Part shown: positions 36,986 through 50,186 of the stretch, in pieces
Layout of the letters: each line of letters starts with the position of its first letter
How positions within the stretch are numbered: position 1 is the stretch's first letter
Assembly (NCBI RefSeq): GCF_001194135.2
Contig: NC_068989.1
Location: forward strand, 29,262,023 to 29,326,022
Reading direction: 5' to 3'
DNA length: 64,000 bases
Source of the DNA: Octopus bimaculoides
Lineage: Eukaryota
Position numbers and translations under genes: made by a program
Notes under the pieces: generated by a model
The model's database searches: none
What the model was told of the DNA's origin: nothing
The model's input: only the letters and a program-made list of their open reading frames with translations

Positions 36986-37409
36986 TTCCATTTGTTTATC
37001 TATGTATTGTATTATACTTTGTTCCTATTATTGTTTCATGGGTAACTTAAGGAAGGGAAGAACTCATCAGTTCTGTACCAGCACGCTGAGNNNNNNNNNN
37101 NNNNNNNNNNNNNNNNNNNNNNNNNNNNNNNNNNNNNNNNNNNNNNNNNNNNNNNNNNNNNNNNNNNNNNNNNNNNNNNNNNNNNNNNNNATATATATAT
37201 ATATGTATATATATATTTACTAATGCTAGTTAGTAAATCAACTCCAATACTAGACTGATACTTATTTTTTATTAACTCCTGGAGAGATAAAAGGTAGTGC
37301 CAACCTTGGAAGTTAAACTCACAGTGTAAAGAGATATTACAAAATACTTCAGTGCATTTTATTCACTACTAAGCTAATTCTGCTGTCCACTGCCCATGTC
37401 TGTATTTTC

Positions 37410-38015
37410 TATGTCATCATCATCATTTAAAGTCTGTTTTCCATGCTAGCATGGATTGGACAGTTTGACAGGAGCTGCCCAGGCTCCACTTGTCTGTTTT
37501 GGCATGATTTCTATGGCTAGATGCCCTTCCTAATGCCAACCACTTTACAGAGTGCACTGGGTGCTTTTTATGTGTCACTGGCTTAAGTGTTTTATGTGTG
37601 ACACCGACATGGGTGACTTATGTGGTATGGATGCATTATACATGGCAGCAGCATGAGTACCTTGGCATAAGTGCTTTTTATATGGCAGCAGCACAGGTGC
37701 TTTTTACACAACACCAAAACATGTTTTTTATGTGTCTCCAAAATGGGTACTTTTTACATGAAACTGAAATGGTTTGTATTTCCTTGTCTTTACATTGCAT
37801 AATGGTTGTAAACGAATGACACTATAATACAAGCTGTGTCCTTTGTTTTCTTCTAAGAAAATGTCTACCCACAAAGAAATATTACTATACTTGGAAACAG
37901 GTGAATGTTGGCAACAGGGGCTTCAGACAGTAGAAAATCTGTCTCAACAATTTCTAACTAACCCATGCAAGCATGAAAAAAGTGGATGTTAAAATAGTGA
38001 TGTTGTTGATGATGA
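37410..38015. mobile_element. Cluster of RTE 3' UTR and SINE tail fragments in both orientations
   Basis: Reverse tail at 37415-37600, about 20-bp repeats at 37560-37760, forward tail acccatgcaagcatgaaaaaagtggatg at 37960-38010. Confidence 0.7.
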
Positions 38016-38199
38016 TTGACCAGAACTTATTTCATGAACTCCTAAAGAAAGAAAATCAAAAACTCAATTTTTCTTTTGAACCTAGAACATGAAAAGAAGT
38101 CATTGCTAGCAACAACAACAATAATGGCTATTGCTATCATCATCATCATCATCATCATCATTATTTCTCTAGTGCTAATTTAGTTAGCAGTTATTTTAT

Positions 38200-38720
38200 T
38201 TTGAGGCTAGGTGACAACAAGTCACCTCAAATCTCAAGAATCTTTCTTAGGATTCTTGCAAAATATAGGATGTTACTTTCCTGCAGGTTGACAATGCAAG
38301 TTTCAATTCTAATTTCTTTCAGTGTTTCTAGCTTTCTAGGTGTTGTGCCAGGTGTACCAATTGCTATAGGAGTAATTGTTGTCTTGGTGTTTCACAGTCT
38401 CCTCAGCTCTCTGGTTAGATGCTGATATTTCTCAATTTTTTCAATTTTTTTTGTATTGACTCTGCTATTATAAGGAATTGTGAAATCTGATCTTACAATT
38501 TATTTTCTCCTCTGTAATCATGTCTGGTCTTCTTGCCTCAGTAGTATGGTCAGTCTACAAGATCAGAGTTCCTTAAGATCTTGTAATTCTCATTTCCTAT
38601 TGTAGTTTCTGGTGCTCATACCAATTTTCTTTTGTTGTTTTGAAGCCGCACTCTTAGTAAACATTCCAGCACACTCTTTTACCTATACAAGTCATGTCTG
38701 TGCTTATACTTCTTTTATTA
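38200..38720 (-). mobile_element. R4/Dong-type LINE, RLE C-terminal fragment
   Basis: IEKYQHLTRELRRL..TKTTITPIAIGTPGT...LQESNILYFARILRKILEI. Confidence 0.75.
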
Positions 38721-38721
38721 T

Positions 38722-39224
38722 TATTATTGAGTGAGAGAGCAGTACATGTCATCAAAGTGACACTGGGGTAAAATATACAAAGGCCCAGTATACCTATCAT
38801 GACTACTCATCTAATAAGGGTACACCAGGCACATGCATTACAACCATATGTATGCGATATGGTGATCTCATATCAAGATAATCAGCGCATGACCTTGCAG
38901 ATGGGGCCCAGTTAGAATTTTCTTTAGGTCAAGTAGCCCATCCTGCTCAAAAGGTCCCTGAATGAGGGTTGTTTAAGGAATTATTCAAATCCTGAAGAAT
39001 TCCTCCCAACACATGGCTATGATGCTCTCTCACTACTTCTGCTCATGATCAGAGATGCACATATCATCAGCCATCAAGGGACATGCTCAAGCAAATCTGT
39101 GGTATGAATCAGAATATTTGCTGTAGCCCATCTTTTATATCCAGACAAAACATGTACATGATAACACTTCCAATCAGTTAAGATCAGAAACCAGGAGAGC
39201 CAGTGCCTGGTACTGCATCAGGGC

Positions 39225-39230
<6 letters not shown>
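38722..39230 (-). mobile_element. Roughly 500-bp interspersed repeat flanked by (ATT)n on both sides
   Basis: Partial second copy at 25085-25245; (ATT)n tract at about 39225-39270. Confidence 0.7.
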
Positions 39231-39272
<42 letters not shown>

Positions 39273-40029
39273 CATCATCATCTATATAATAATCTGCTTG
39301 TTCATTCATCCATTATACTTTAATTAGTTAGGTGGAATAAAAATGAGAGAGAGAGAAGAGGAGGAAGAAAGAAATGAGGAGTAAAATAATAAATTAAGAC
39401 CAAATGCATCACATGGTTAGTTGAAGGGAGAGGTAAAGAGGGAGAAAAAGACCGTGAGAGAAAAGAGGGAAAGGGAAATCTTAATGACGTGCTGTAGGAT
39501 GGGGAGGGAAAGGTAAAGAGAAAGAAATATGTTTAGGATACAATATTTAACAGAGCATGATGTTCTGGTGGTGATATTAAAGAAAGGCAGATAGAGAGAG
39601 ATGAACAGGGGAGGCAGTTACATTAAGAGAGAGAGTGAGGAGCAGAGATAATGTTTGTATTGTCAGAGTAGAGATACATTGACAGTTGAATTGAACTGAG
39701 ATGAAATAAGCTTTGTTACTGAAAACTATAGTTATGATGATGCATTATGCTGTCACTCATGTAGTGAGAGGTGAAAAGAGAGAGAGAGAAATGTTAAAGA
39801 CATAAGAAGGGAGTTATATGGTTAAAAAGGTTGTTGAAGAGCTAGACAAATATAGAGAAATATAAAGTGCTAAGCAGAGGGAAATTTTAAAATCATATAA
39901 TATATCACTGTGTCTGGAAGTAAAATAACTTAGCAAAATAAAAATGCAAATCATCCTATCTTTCTTAAATACCTTCTCTTAATCTTTTCTGTTCTATGGA
40001 ATTTCCGTGGGTCCCACTAGTTATTATTC

Positions 40030-40850
40030 TTATTATGTCGGCTTTTGTTGACATGGAGAAAGCCTTTGACAGGGTCCTCCACTCCCTTATCTGGTGGTCA
40101 ATGAGGAAACTAGGGATAGATGAGAAGTAGATAGATGAGATACTGAGAGTGGTAAAAGCTAGGGATAGATGAGAAGTAGGTAGATGAGATAGTGAGAGTG
40201 ATACAAGCCATGTACAGGGATACTGTCAGTAAGGTGAAAGTTGGCAACGAATATAGCAGTGAATTCAGTGTACAGGTAGGACTCCACCGAGGCTCAGTTC
40301 TCAGCCACCTCCTGTTTATCTTAGTCCTCCAGGCCTTAACAGAGGAATTCAAGACTGGCTGTCTCTGGGAGCTCCTTTACACTGATTACCTTGTTCTTAT
40401 AGCTGAATCAATCTGACCTAGAGAAGAAATTTTAGATGTGGAAACAAGGTCTGGAATCTAAGGGCCTTAGAGTTATTTTAGAAAAAACCAAAGTTGCTAG
40501 GATGAGAACAGACTTGTGCAAAGTTCAGAGAGCTTCTACCTTTGTTGGTAACTAAGGGCCTTTCCCTCAGAGTGAAAAGCAGACTGTATGATGTGATTTG
40601 CTGTTCTTGATAAAATATATCAAGCTAAGTAAAATCGCTGTCTTCCACACATATGGGCTTGTCCTGTCAGGTATCGGTGCCAGTTAAAAAGTACCCAGCA
40701 TGCTCATTAGGAAGGTCATCCATCCATGGAAACCCTGCCACAACAGACAGTTGGAGTGTGGACAGATCCCTGCTAGTGCGCTCCATGTCAAACCATCCAA
40801 CCTATGCCAGCATGGAAAGCAGACAGTAAACAATGATGATGATAATGATT
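40030..40850 (+). mobile_element. RTE RT fragment with an internal duplication of about 50 bp, plus 3' tail
   Basis: FVDMEKAFDRV, VGLHRGSVLSHLLF and LLYTDYL; ctagggatagatgagaagtag(a/g)tagatgagata duplicated at 40110-40200. Confidence 0.9.
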
Positions 40851-41536
40851 ATTATGGCAGAAAATTCTATTGATCTTATAGGTGCTAAAAGCACCTAAAA
40901 GACCATTGTTGATGTTAGACCAGATATTAGATTAGGTCTAGCATCCAAGAATTTCATCTATATTCCACTCACAAGATTTGGGTTTGTCTATAATAGGAGA
41001 TGCTACATTGTGGAATTGAACTTGGAACCTTGTGGTTTCAAAACAAACTTCTTCACCACTCTGTCATTACAAGGATTAGCAGCATCAGCAGTAGGAATGC
41101 TGTGGTCTCCCAGACATACAAATAGTTGAATTGGAGTAAATGATATATTTAACTATAAAGATATTTGTATATTCAAGGGTAATTTTAGAATAAATTTCAA
41201 AGACATTTATATAACTTTTAACCTATGAAACCTGTATGTGTAATTTAAAAGTCTTGATAGTTTTGTTTGATGTTTCTACTTCTTATTTTTTTGTGAGTTA
41301 TCTTCATTTAGACTTTTTTAAAAAAAATCAGTGTTGTATGTATATTGGTTAGAAGTATTTTGTGATTTTGTGTTATTTGAAATTGATGAAGCATTGATTA
41401 TAAGTTCTACATTGATGATATTGATAGATTTTGGGAAAATATATTTGATATTGATTTTTTTGAGATTTTCCTGGTAAATGATAATCTTTATAATCATTAA
41501 AAAAATCATTATTTGCACCATGTACAGCAAGATCTG

Positions 41537-41845
41537 GAACAATCATTTGCATATTTATTCTTAACACATCTTGGCAGATTCAAATGCAAAATATGCTGGT
41601 CGCTGTAGTGTACATCATGGGAGAATAAGTTCTCTCTTTTAAGAAGACAGTGTATTCAACACATTCAGCTCAAAATCCTGGTTGCTGAGACACATGTCAA
41701 AACACTTGTGTCTACTGAGCCTAGTGTGTTGAATACATTGTTGTAAAAGGGAGAGGTTATTCCATGACGTACATCACATTGACCTTCATATTTTGCTTCT
41801 GAACCTACCTGGACATGTTAAGAATAAATGTGCAAATAATTGTTC
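41537..41845. mobile_element. Fold-back / MITE-like element, about 310 bp, with arms of about 135 bp
   Basis: The left arm gaacaatcatttgcatatttattcttaac...gtattcaacaca aligns with the reverse complement of the right arm; an inner gacaca/tgtgtc pair; no TSD seen. Confidence 0.85.
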
Positions 41846-41924
41846 ATAATAATTATCCTCATAAAAAGATAACAAGTAGGCTAAGTTTCTCTACTTTTCT
41901 TCTTTGTTTAGCTATTTTCTTATC

Positions 41925-42320
41925 TTTTATCTTTTTTCAGTCAATAGACTGCAGCCATGCTCGGGCATCGTCTTGGAGAATTTTTAGTTGAATGTATTGA
42001 CCTCAGTACTTATTTTCTTTTTAAAGACTGGTACTTATTCTATCAGTCTCTTTTGACAAACTGCTAGTTTATAGGGACATAAACACACTAGCACTGATTG
42101 TCGAGTGGTGTGGGGGAAGACAAACACAGATATAAAGACACACACATATATATATACGACGAGCTTCTTTCAGTTTCCTACTACCAAATCTACTCACAAG
42201 ACTTTGGTCAGCCTGAGGCTATAGTAGAAGACACTTGCCCAAGGTACCACACAGTGGGACTGAACCACAAACCATGAAATTGATAATCAAGCTTCTTTAC
42301 TACACAGTTACACCTGTGCC
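41925..42320. mobile_element. Family B SINE (+) followed by a family C SINE head (-)
   Basis: ttttcagtcaatagactgcagccatgc...; reverse of gtggttcagtcccactgtgtggtaccttgggcaagtgtcttctactatagcc. Confidence 0.85.
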
Positions 42321-42621
42321 TATTTAACATTCTCTGCTAGCATGGGTTGGAGAGCTAGACTCTATATTATATCAATTTAGTCCTTCACCATCACTCTGAG
42401 ATTTCATCACACTACTACCATGTATCTACTGTGACCTTCCTCAACCAAATGTGTTCTCCACTCAGAATATACAGCACTTTTTCTCCTTGATTGTTATCTT
42501 CCATTCATATTACATAGCCATACTATCATCTATAATATTATTCTATTTGTTCCTGCCTTCCTATCTATTTTGTTCACATGTTACATTTACACCAGCAGAG
42601 GTATTAAATCAAATGGACAAG

Positions 42622-42656
<35 letters not shown>

Positions 42657-43679
42657 TATACTTGGGAAGAAGGGTAAACTAAGAGGGAGAAGGTCTATAT
42701 TATTCTGCATTTGTGTGTACAAATCGTGGGCACAGTTGAAATGTTTTACATAGTGAAACAATGTCAAAGATCTATCTGTAAATTTATTCATTAAAAGATA
42801 TTTTGATAGATGGTTAAATCAAAGAGAAATAATCTTAGCAAATAGCTGTGGATGTTACACTTTTATCATTTACATGTTCCAGATCAAAGGTTGTGACCAT
42901 GCTTGGGCATTACCATTATTGATTTTTCTTTTTTGCAGTTTGGTTTATCTATCTATCTGTCTAGCTAGCTAGCTACATAGTTAGATAGGTACATGGGTGA
43001 GTTAACAGTTATGCAGATACAGAGATATATTAATAGATAAACAAATAAATATGTAACTGAAATGAAATGAAAATAATATCAGTTGGTAAATAACTTGAAC
43101 TGAATCTTGGTGGTTGGACAGCGAAAAGTCTAGCTTTATCTGTCTGCCTGTCTCACTCTCCCTCCTTCTTTTCCTTACACTATAAAACACTATATCTGCC
43201 AAACATATTAAAAGAAAGTAAATAAGCAATACCTTCTAAGTTCATTTGATTATATTTATAAGTACCTGTTTAATTAAATGGCTGGATTTCAAGGGAATTT
43301 AAAAAAAATTCCTTGCTTCTGTTTAATATATTGATGTTTTCAAATATATTGACTTACACTGTGGAATTTCCACTGGTCCTACTAGTTTTTATAATTCTGT
43401 TTGATTCTCCATTGTAGCTGAATTACTTTGTTTCAAATTGTAAACCCTTGGTGAAAGTCATCTGTTATACATCATTCTTCTCTTCCTTACCTAATATGAA
43501 GGCATTGTTCTAATTTCTGATTTTCTTATCACATGACCATATCACAGTATTTTGCTTTGTCTTTACCCTAACACCTTAAACCTTTTGATACCAATCTTCC
43601 AGAGCACAACTTTGGTTCATCTGGAGAACTGATCATATTATGTATTCATATTTCAATAAAAATCTCAAATGAAATATTG

Positions 43680-44230
43680 TTAAACCCACAATAGAGGGAG
43701 AGAGAAGGGAATCTTTCTAATTAATATCTGATTTTCCCCACTAAGAAGGGATAACATCCAGGTCAGGTATAGGGGTATGCACCATTTCTTGGTATTTGCT
43801 TGGGTCATCCTGGGCAACCCTCTGAGCAGTGTCCTTGTGAGTACCCATCTCTGTGAGATACTTCCTATCAGCACTAGCCATCACCCCAGCTAGATCCTCA
43901 GAGAAGAGAACATGGTACACAGGATCTAACTCGGAAAATTGAGCAACATGGTCTAATAGTCTGAGCTGATGTTCCTGAATCACATAAGTAGCAGAACACA
44001 TCCCAGTTTCTGAGTATAGGCACTGGTTAGATACAAAATCCAACAAATGGTAGCCCATAATACTGTGAAGTATCCTGGTATCAAAGGACGTCAAGCAACT
44101 CCTAAGGGCCCCGGAGAGTGTCCAAGTTTCACAAGTATAGAGGAAGACAGCGAGGGCCAGAGACATGAAGGCTCAGATATTGGCAGTGCCATATGCCCTT
44201 GTCCTGTGAGTTTGCAATTGTACCAGCATA
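43680..44230 (-). mobile_element. C-terminal fragment of a second, distinct RTE-clade family
   Basis: VFLYTCETWTL...FDTRILHSIMGY...VSNQCLY...QLRLLDHVAQ...DP. Confidence 0.75.
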
Positions 44231-44523
44231 ACCAGGTCTTTTTGAGACTTTGGTCTCACAGTTAATTCTGCTATGGATCACAATGCCGAGATAAGTGAAG
44301 CTATCAACAGCTTTGAGAACCCAGTTAATACCTAATTAGTAAAATTTTAATTTTACAATGGACAATGAAAAGATAAAACTCATTATCTACATGCAATTAT
44401 TTTCTCTACTAAATCTTATGGGTATTTGTGACCTTTATCTATTTACAACTGATTAGTGAATTTGCACTTTGACCTGACATTACTGATATCACTTGACTAC
44501 AGCTTCACTTACCTATACACCAA

Positions 44524-44526
<3 letters not shown>

Positions 44527-44620
<94 letters not shown>
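44527..44620. repeat. (TA)n microsatellite
   Basis: Direct reading. Confidence 0.98.
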
Positions 44621-44621
<1 letters not shown>

Positions 44622-45072
44622 AACATAGCACATTTATTGTATATATTGCATCAAAAGTTTTCATTTTTTTTACTCCTACAATTACAACACAGTATCTTGC
44701 AATCTATTCTTTCATTAAGATTTATTTTACATTCAATTCTATTTCTCTTTACGTGTAGAAGGGTTGGAAGTAGCTGAACAATGACATTACAATGTTATTT
44801 ACAGTGCCATAGTTCCAACTAATGTGTTGCTGCCACAGTCAGCATCCAACAGCTAAGTGCACAATTGAGCCCATTTCCTTTACTGCATAATCATAGTAAA
44901 TGTTATGTTGCTATGAAATAATATTAATCTCACACTAAATTCACTTATTATTGCAGTAATTAAATCATTTAATTTACTTTTGGCTTCAATAATGAAGGCT
45001 TCCAACAATGTTTGAAGAATAGATGTTTCTTAACAAAGTCTTGAAATTCACTTTCATTGGTGAATTTTTTAC

Positions 45073-45153
45073 CTTTCATCTTCCCAATGTCTTTGAAATA
45101 GCTACCAGAATATTTGAGCACTTTTTCTCTATAAATTCGAGGCTTTAGGTCAG
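45073..45153 (-). other. Candidate internal coding exon, 81 nt, phase 1-1 (xDLKPRIYREKVLKYSGSYFKDIGKMKx)
   Basis: Acceptor tttgtttcttag, donor AAG|GTAAAA, only one open frame, lies in non-repetitive DNA. Confidence 0.35.
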
Positions 45154-45407
45154 CTAAGAAACAAATATTATACCTGAAGCATGTTTGAGAAAGATATGAA
45201 CGTCATAACTTCATGCTTTCTCTCTAGTTAAGAACCTGCCGATGCTAATAACCATGAGTTGAGAGCCAAATATTGTACAACATTTAGAATCTCACTGTTC
45301 TCATTTCAAATCATGTACCAGAGATAAATCAAATTACCAGTCTATGATTATATTTGAATAGGATAAAAACTATTTGCTGATGTGCCATGATGATACACAT
45401 TTAAGAT

Positions 45408-45625
45408 TTTCTATCTATATAAAGATGAGAATGTCTGTCTGTGTGAATCCCTAAAACTCGAGAACTACCTGATTTCATTCAAATTTGACACATGCCTTAC
45501 TTAGGGTACATGTAATGTCATGGGCCATAACAATTTTCAACTTCTTGCCTAATGCGAGCCCAGAGCAATCTCTTATCTCTTCCACTATTTCAGAATTACG
45601 TGTCAAAAGTCAAACAATAACATAT
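45408..45625 (+). mobile_element. 5' fragment of another Helitron-like element
   Basis: A|TCTATATAAAGATGAGAATGTCTGTCTGTGTG start typical of non-autonomous Helitrons; no 3' CTAG found. Confidence 0.45.
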
Positions 45626-45713
45626 CTCATATATACACGCATACATATATACATACATATATATAATATATATTATATATATATATATTTATATTTTTAT
45701 ATATATTTGCATT

Positions 45714-45746
<33 letters not shown>

Positions 45747-45769
45747 TTACATTTATATATATATGTATA

Positions 45770-47658
45770 TCTACTACATATGTGGAAAATCGGTGTGTGT
45801 TTGTTTGTGGCATTGTTAGCTAACTCCTCCTACATCGTATTATTGATTTTGATGAAACTTAACACATGAGTAGAACTCATGTCTGGAAACCTCGTGACAT
45901 ACTTAGATTGTTGAAAAATCGATAATACGGCCCTGGAAGGGATCTTTATATCTACCTCATATAACTTATTTATTTTAAACACCCAAGGGAAATAACCCAT
46001 AGCACCTGCACAATATTTTTCTAAACACTCAACGGAAATAATCCATAGCACCTGCATTTACAGTTATTAGTTTTTAGGGAAGTGATCAATATCTGATTTT
46101 CGCGATCAGTGGACCTAATTCTGCATTTCACTACTCACAGTTTTCAACTGCTAAATTTTATTATTGCTTTTTCTTGATGTATGTACACTTTCAATGCCCA
46201 TAACTCTGATAATTCTGCATTTTTCCAGTTAAAACTTTTCGATGACACTACATAAATTTTTGATTCCAGAATGTATTTAATGTGTCCCACTACAATGAAC
46301 TCATACTTTGAATACTTAAAATTCTTCAAAAATGAAACCAAATTTCCACATCACATTCAGTTGGAACACCCTTATACTTATTTTAGAAATCGTAATATTT
46401 ATTGCTTATTTACAGTTCATACAACATTTTCATGAAAATAATTGAGCCATCGAAATTTAGAAATATTTTAAAGGTTTCATTGTTTATGTTCGATTACTTT
46501 GAATATTGATTTTTTTGGTGTCCAATTTCTAATTTTTGCAGACAATATAACTTTTATACTTTATTTGACATGTGAGTAAAACTCATGTCTGGAAACCTCA
46601 TGACATACTTAGATTGTTGAAAGAAATTGATAATAGGGCCCCTCCAATGGATCCTTCTATCTACTACATATTACTAATATTTTATTTAAACAACCCAAGG
46701 GAAATAACCCATATCACCTACAGTTTTTAGCGAAGCATTCAATATTTGATTCTCACGATCAGCCAACCTAATTCTGCATTTCACTACTCACTTTTGAACT
46801 GCTAAACATTATTATTGCACTTCCTTGATTTGAATCTGAAACCTTAAAGACTTCATTTGTACATTTCTATACATACATACTTTTTTGAATGCCCATTACT
46901 CTGATAATTTCACATTTTTACAGTTAAACTTTTTCCATGACAGTTGATAATTTTTTTTCCACAACGTATTTGTAGTGGCTTCATGCAGGTGTGGCGTGGA
47001 TTCGATCCTCAATTGCCAAATTTCACTTAACGCTTCAACAGTGCTTTTCTCAGGGTAAAACAATAGCTTTTCTGTGAATGACAGCAGTTATACATTTCCC
47101 AGATGCCATCGCTAAGCAGAATAATGTCTATGCCACTTGACCCTTCAAACCTCTTCTAGGTCACCAGGGGCTGGAATGGAGATAACAGACCTCCAACGAA
47201 ATCATTTGTTCTCAACAATATGTCTATCCTTCTGGCTGCTTTTTGATAGTTATAAAAACCAGAACTCCATGAGCTAAAGGCAGTTACTGAGAGCGACCAT
47301 CATTGACTGTGAACGTTATTGCACTTTCTTCATTTCATTCTTAACCATTAGACATTTCATTCATATATTTATGTACATATACACTATATTTATATATTAC
47401 CTTTAATAAATTAGCCTTCATAAAGTTCACCTTTAAAATGCCATGACGAGTCAGAGTACTTTCTTGCCAGTCTCCGAAAACCTCTCACCAACCTCCAACA
47501 ATCTCTCCCTCCTCCAGCTGACAGTTTTTTTGTACTTTTTCACAACAGATAATACACCTTTTGTGGCAGTTATAACAAAATTGCTTTCTTATATCAGAGT
47601 AATAAGGCGTTTCAATAGAACATCTTTACCCCTGGGAATTACTGGGTACACCAGCTAG
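45770..47658 (+). mobile_element. Non-autonomous Helitron, 1889 bp, same family as 27187-28585
   Basis: Same 5' end A|TCTACTACATATGTGG and 3' end ggaattactgggtac..cagCTAG|T; internal duplication of about 400 bp (45860-46330 versus 46570-46960). Confidence 0.9.
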
Positions 47659-48316
47659 TATATATTTTTTTCATTTTTTCATTTTATCTAGTTTCAGCTC
47701 ATGAGCTGTGGCCATGCTGGGGCACCGCCATTTAAATATATATATATATATATATTAGAAAAAATAAGGTACTCAGATGTCTGGATGGTTGTACATTTAC
47801 AGATTTTTATTCATGTCACATGTTTTATAAATTAGCTCTTTCACCTAGTCTTGTAGGGTTTTCAAATTTTGATTTCACTTTCAGAGGATGTCTCTTTTTA
47901 TAGTATTATTGAATGTGTAGGGGTGGAGGGAGATATATATATAGGATAGTAAAAGAGGGTGGGGAATGGATGGAAAGGTGAGAGAGAGTGTATGTATATA
48001 TATGTATGTATATGTGTGTGTGTATGTATATAGCCATGACTAATGAAATATCACTATTTCTGTAATTTTTTAATTATTTATATTTCACCAAGTTTTCATC
48101 CTTTTCACATACTTCACTATCTTTGTATATTCATCACAATATTTCATTATTCTTAACCGTTATTCAACTTTGGAACAACAGAGCATAAAAACGGCAAGAA
48201 ACCCAGATAGTGGGACATTTTTGTGCCAACTAGAATTGAACCCAGTTACCTAGGTACTTAGAAATAACTTATCTTTTCGATCAACAACTCTCCCACTCTC
48301 AGTCTATCACCATTAA

Positions 48317-48534
48317 TCCTTTAGCATTTAAACCAGCCTTATCTGGCCTACATATTCTACCAGTTTTGTGTTTAAATTGGCTAGATCCAGCCTCTTGCAC
48401 CTATCGTACAATGTAATTCTAAAAATAAACAATCACACCATTGAAGTTCCAAAACTGAGATAATGCATGATTAATTCAAAACAGTATGAATACATATGCA
48501 TTGCATTTGGTAGATTAATCTGAACACTAAAGGT
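48317..48534. mobile_element. piggyBac-type MITE, 218 bp
   Basis: TTAA at 48313-48316 and 48535-48538; TIRs TCCTTTAGCATTTA and ACCTTTAGTGTTCA (reverse complement). Confidence 0.85.
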
Positions 48535-49064
48535 TTAATCTCTCTCTATATATATATATTTACCACACTCTTTATCACTCACACTCTCTTTGTATTAACT
48601 TTTACACATTGCTTTCATTTTGTTTCAAATCTTTTCTTTTATGTTTACTTTAATTTTATGACTGCTGTTATGCACAAATTATGTTTTCTGATTGGGGGAA
48701 AAAATGATCAAACTTTAAACCCATGTAACATTTCTCTGAAATTTTTCTGGAATCCCAAACTCAGATTCAGCAAGAGTACATCAATATACCAAATTAAAAA
48801 AGTTTTCACTTAATTTTAAAATTTCAGAATCTGTGACATTTCACTTTGCTCATGGTAAACTTTTCCCCTCTGTATACATTTTTACCACACTCTCTCTAAA
48901 AGAATTTTGCTCATGCTTAGTGTGTGTGTGTGTTTGTCATTAAGGTGATAGAGTGATTTTAAAAAAGTATATAAAAGATAATTTATTTTAATAGCATACT
49001 TTTCAGTTAGTAAATGTTTTTTCTTACATCCACACACATGATAAAAAAAGAAATTTCCAAATTT

Positions 49065-50186
49065 TGTTACAGAACTTAGGCTTTCCCAAATACCCAGGAG
49101 GCTCTCTTGAGATAGTAGATAGTTTCTGCTACTTAGGTGACCAAATTAGCAATGGTGGTCAATGCTCTGAAAGTATTGTTTCTAGAGTAAGAATAGGATG
49201 GAGGAAGTTCAGAGAATTACTACCTATGTTGGCAACAAAAGGACTCACTCTCAAGGTGAAAGGTAGATTGTATGATGCTTGTGTACATATGGTTATACTA
49301 CATGGTAGTGAGACATAGGCTCTGAATGCAGAGGATATGCATAGACTTGAGATGAATGAAGGTAGTATGCTCCGTTGGATGTGCAACATCAGTGTGCATG
49401 AACAATAAAGCACAACTGTCTTGAGAGTAAAGCTGGGTATAAGAGGAATAAAGCCTGGCCTGCAAGAGAGAATACTACATTGGTTTGGACATGTGATGTG
49501 TATGAATGAAGACAGCTGTATAAAGAAGTGCTGGTTATTGAAAGTGGATTGTATTTGTGGGAGGGGGAGACCCAGGAAAACATGGGATGAAGTGGTGAAG
49601 ATCAATGTCAGGATGTTATAATGGACAGAGATGTCTGGTGATGTGTGGTTCTAGAGAAGACTCGACCATGTCAGTGAAACTGAGTGCTAGAAGTTTCGTG
49701 TCCCACTGTATTACTGCTTTCTCAACCCACACTTTATACTCAGGTTCTCACCAGTCACTGCAACCCCCACTCCCACTCTCTACTTATACTGTCTTGGCAA
49801 TACCTGGCCACATATATTATGACATCTGTACCTTGAGGGTATACCCTGGCACTTGCCATATTTATCTTTTGTCCCATATTTATCTCCCTCTTCCTTACTC
49901 TACCATCCCATCTATGCTCTGATCCCTGTTCCTTGTGAGGCACTTCACCACCATCTCTCTCTTGTTCTCTCTTGTTGTCTCTCTCCCTCTCTCCTCCCTC
50001 TGGCTGGGTAATCATGTATGTCTTCTACAGCAGCATACCCATTTCTTCCTTTTTCTCTTTCTCTCCTTGCTCTTCCCTGTGGTTAGGTAACCATGTATCT
50101 CCTTTACAGCAGCACACCTGTTTCTGCCCTCTTTCTTGTTACCCCCCCCCCTCTCTCCTTCATTCCCTCTTCCTGAAATATCTCTA
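49065..50186 (+). mobile_element. RTE LINE C-terminus and 3' UTR (left part of a MULE-split copy)
   Basis: LEIVDSFCYLGD...RVRIGWRKFRELLP...LHWFGHV...GRGRPRKTW; CT-rich UTR. Confidence 0.9.

Noticed and set aside
39300-39880. GA-rich stretch as a possible element or coding region
   Set aside because: Degenerate (GA)n low-complexity DNA with no ORF or termini.
41373-41534. Protein-like minus-strand frame (LAVHGANNDFFNDYKDYHLPG)
   Set aside because: The acceptor lies at the fold-back element boundary, there is no good donor, and the rest is AT-rich low complexity.
43355-43415. 60-nt candidate exon with a GTAAGT donor (YNGESNRIIKTSRTSGNST)
   Set aside because: Weak acceptor, and its phase does not fit the neighbouring candidate exon.
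44490-44530. AGGTAAGT on the minus strand
   Set aside because: Preceded by (TA)n and purines, with no pyrimidine tract.
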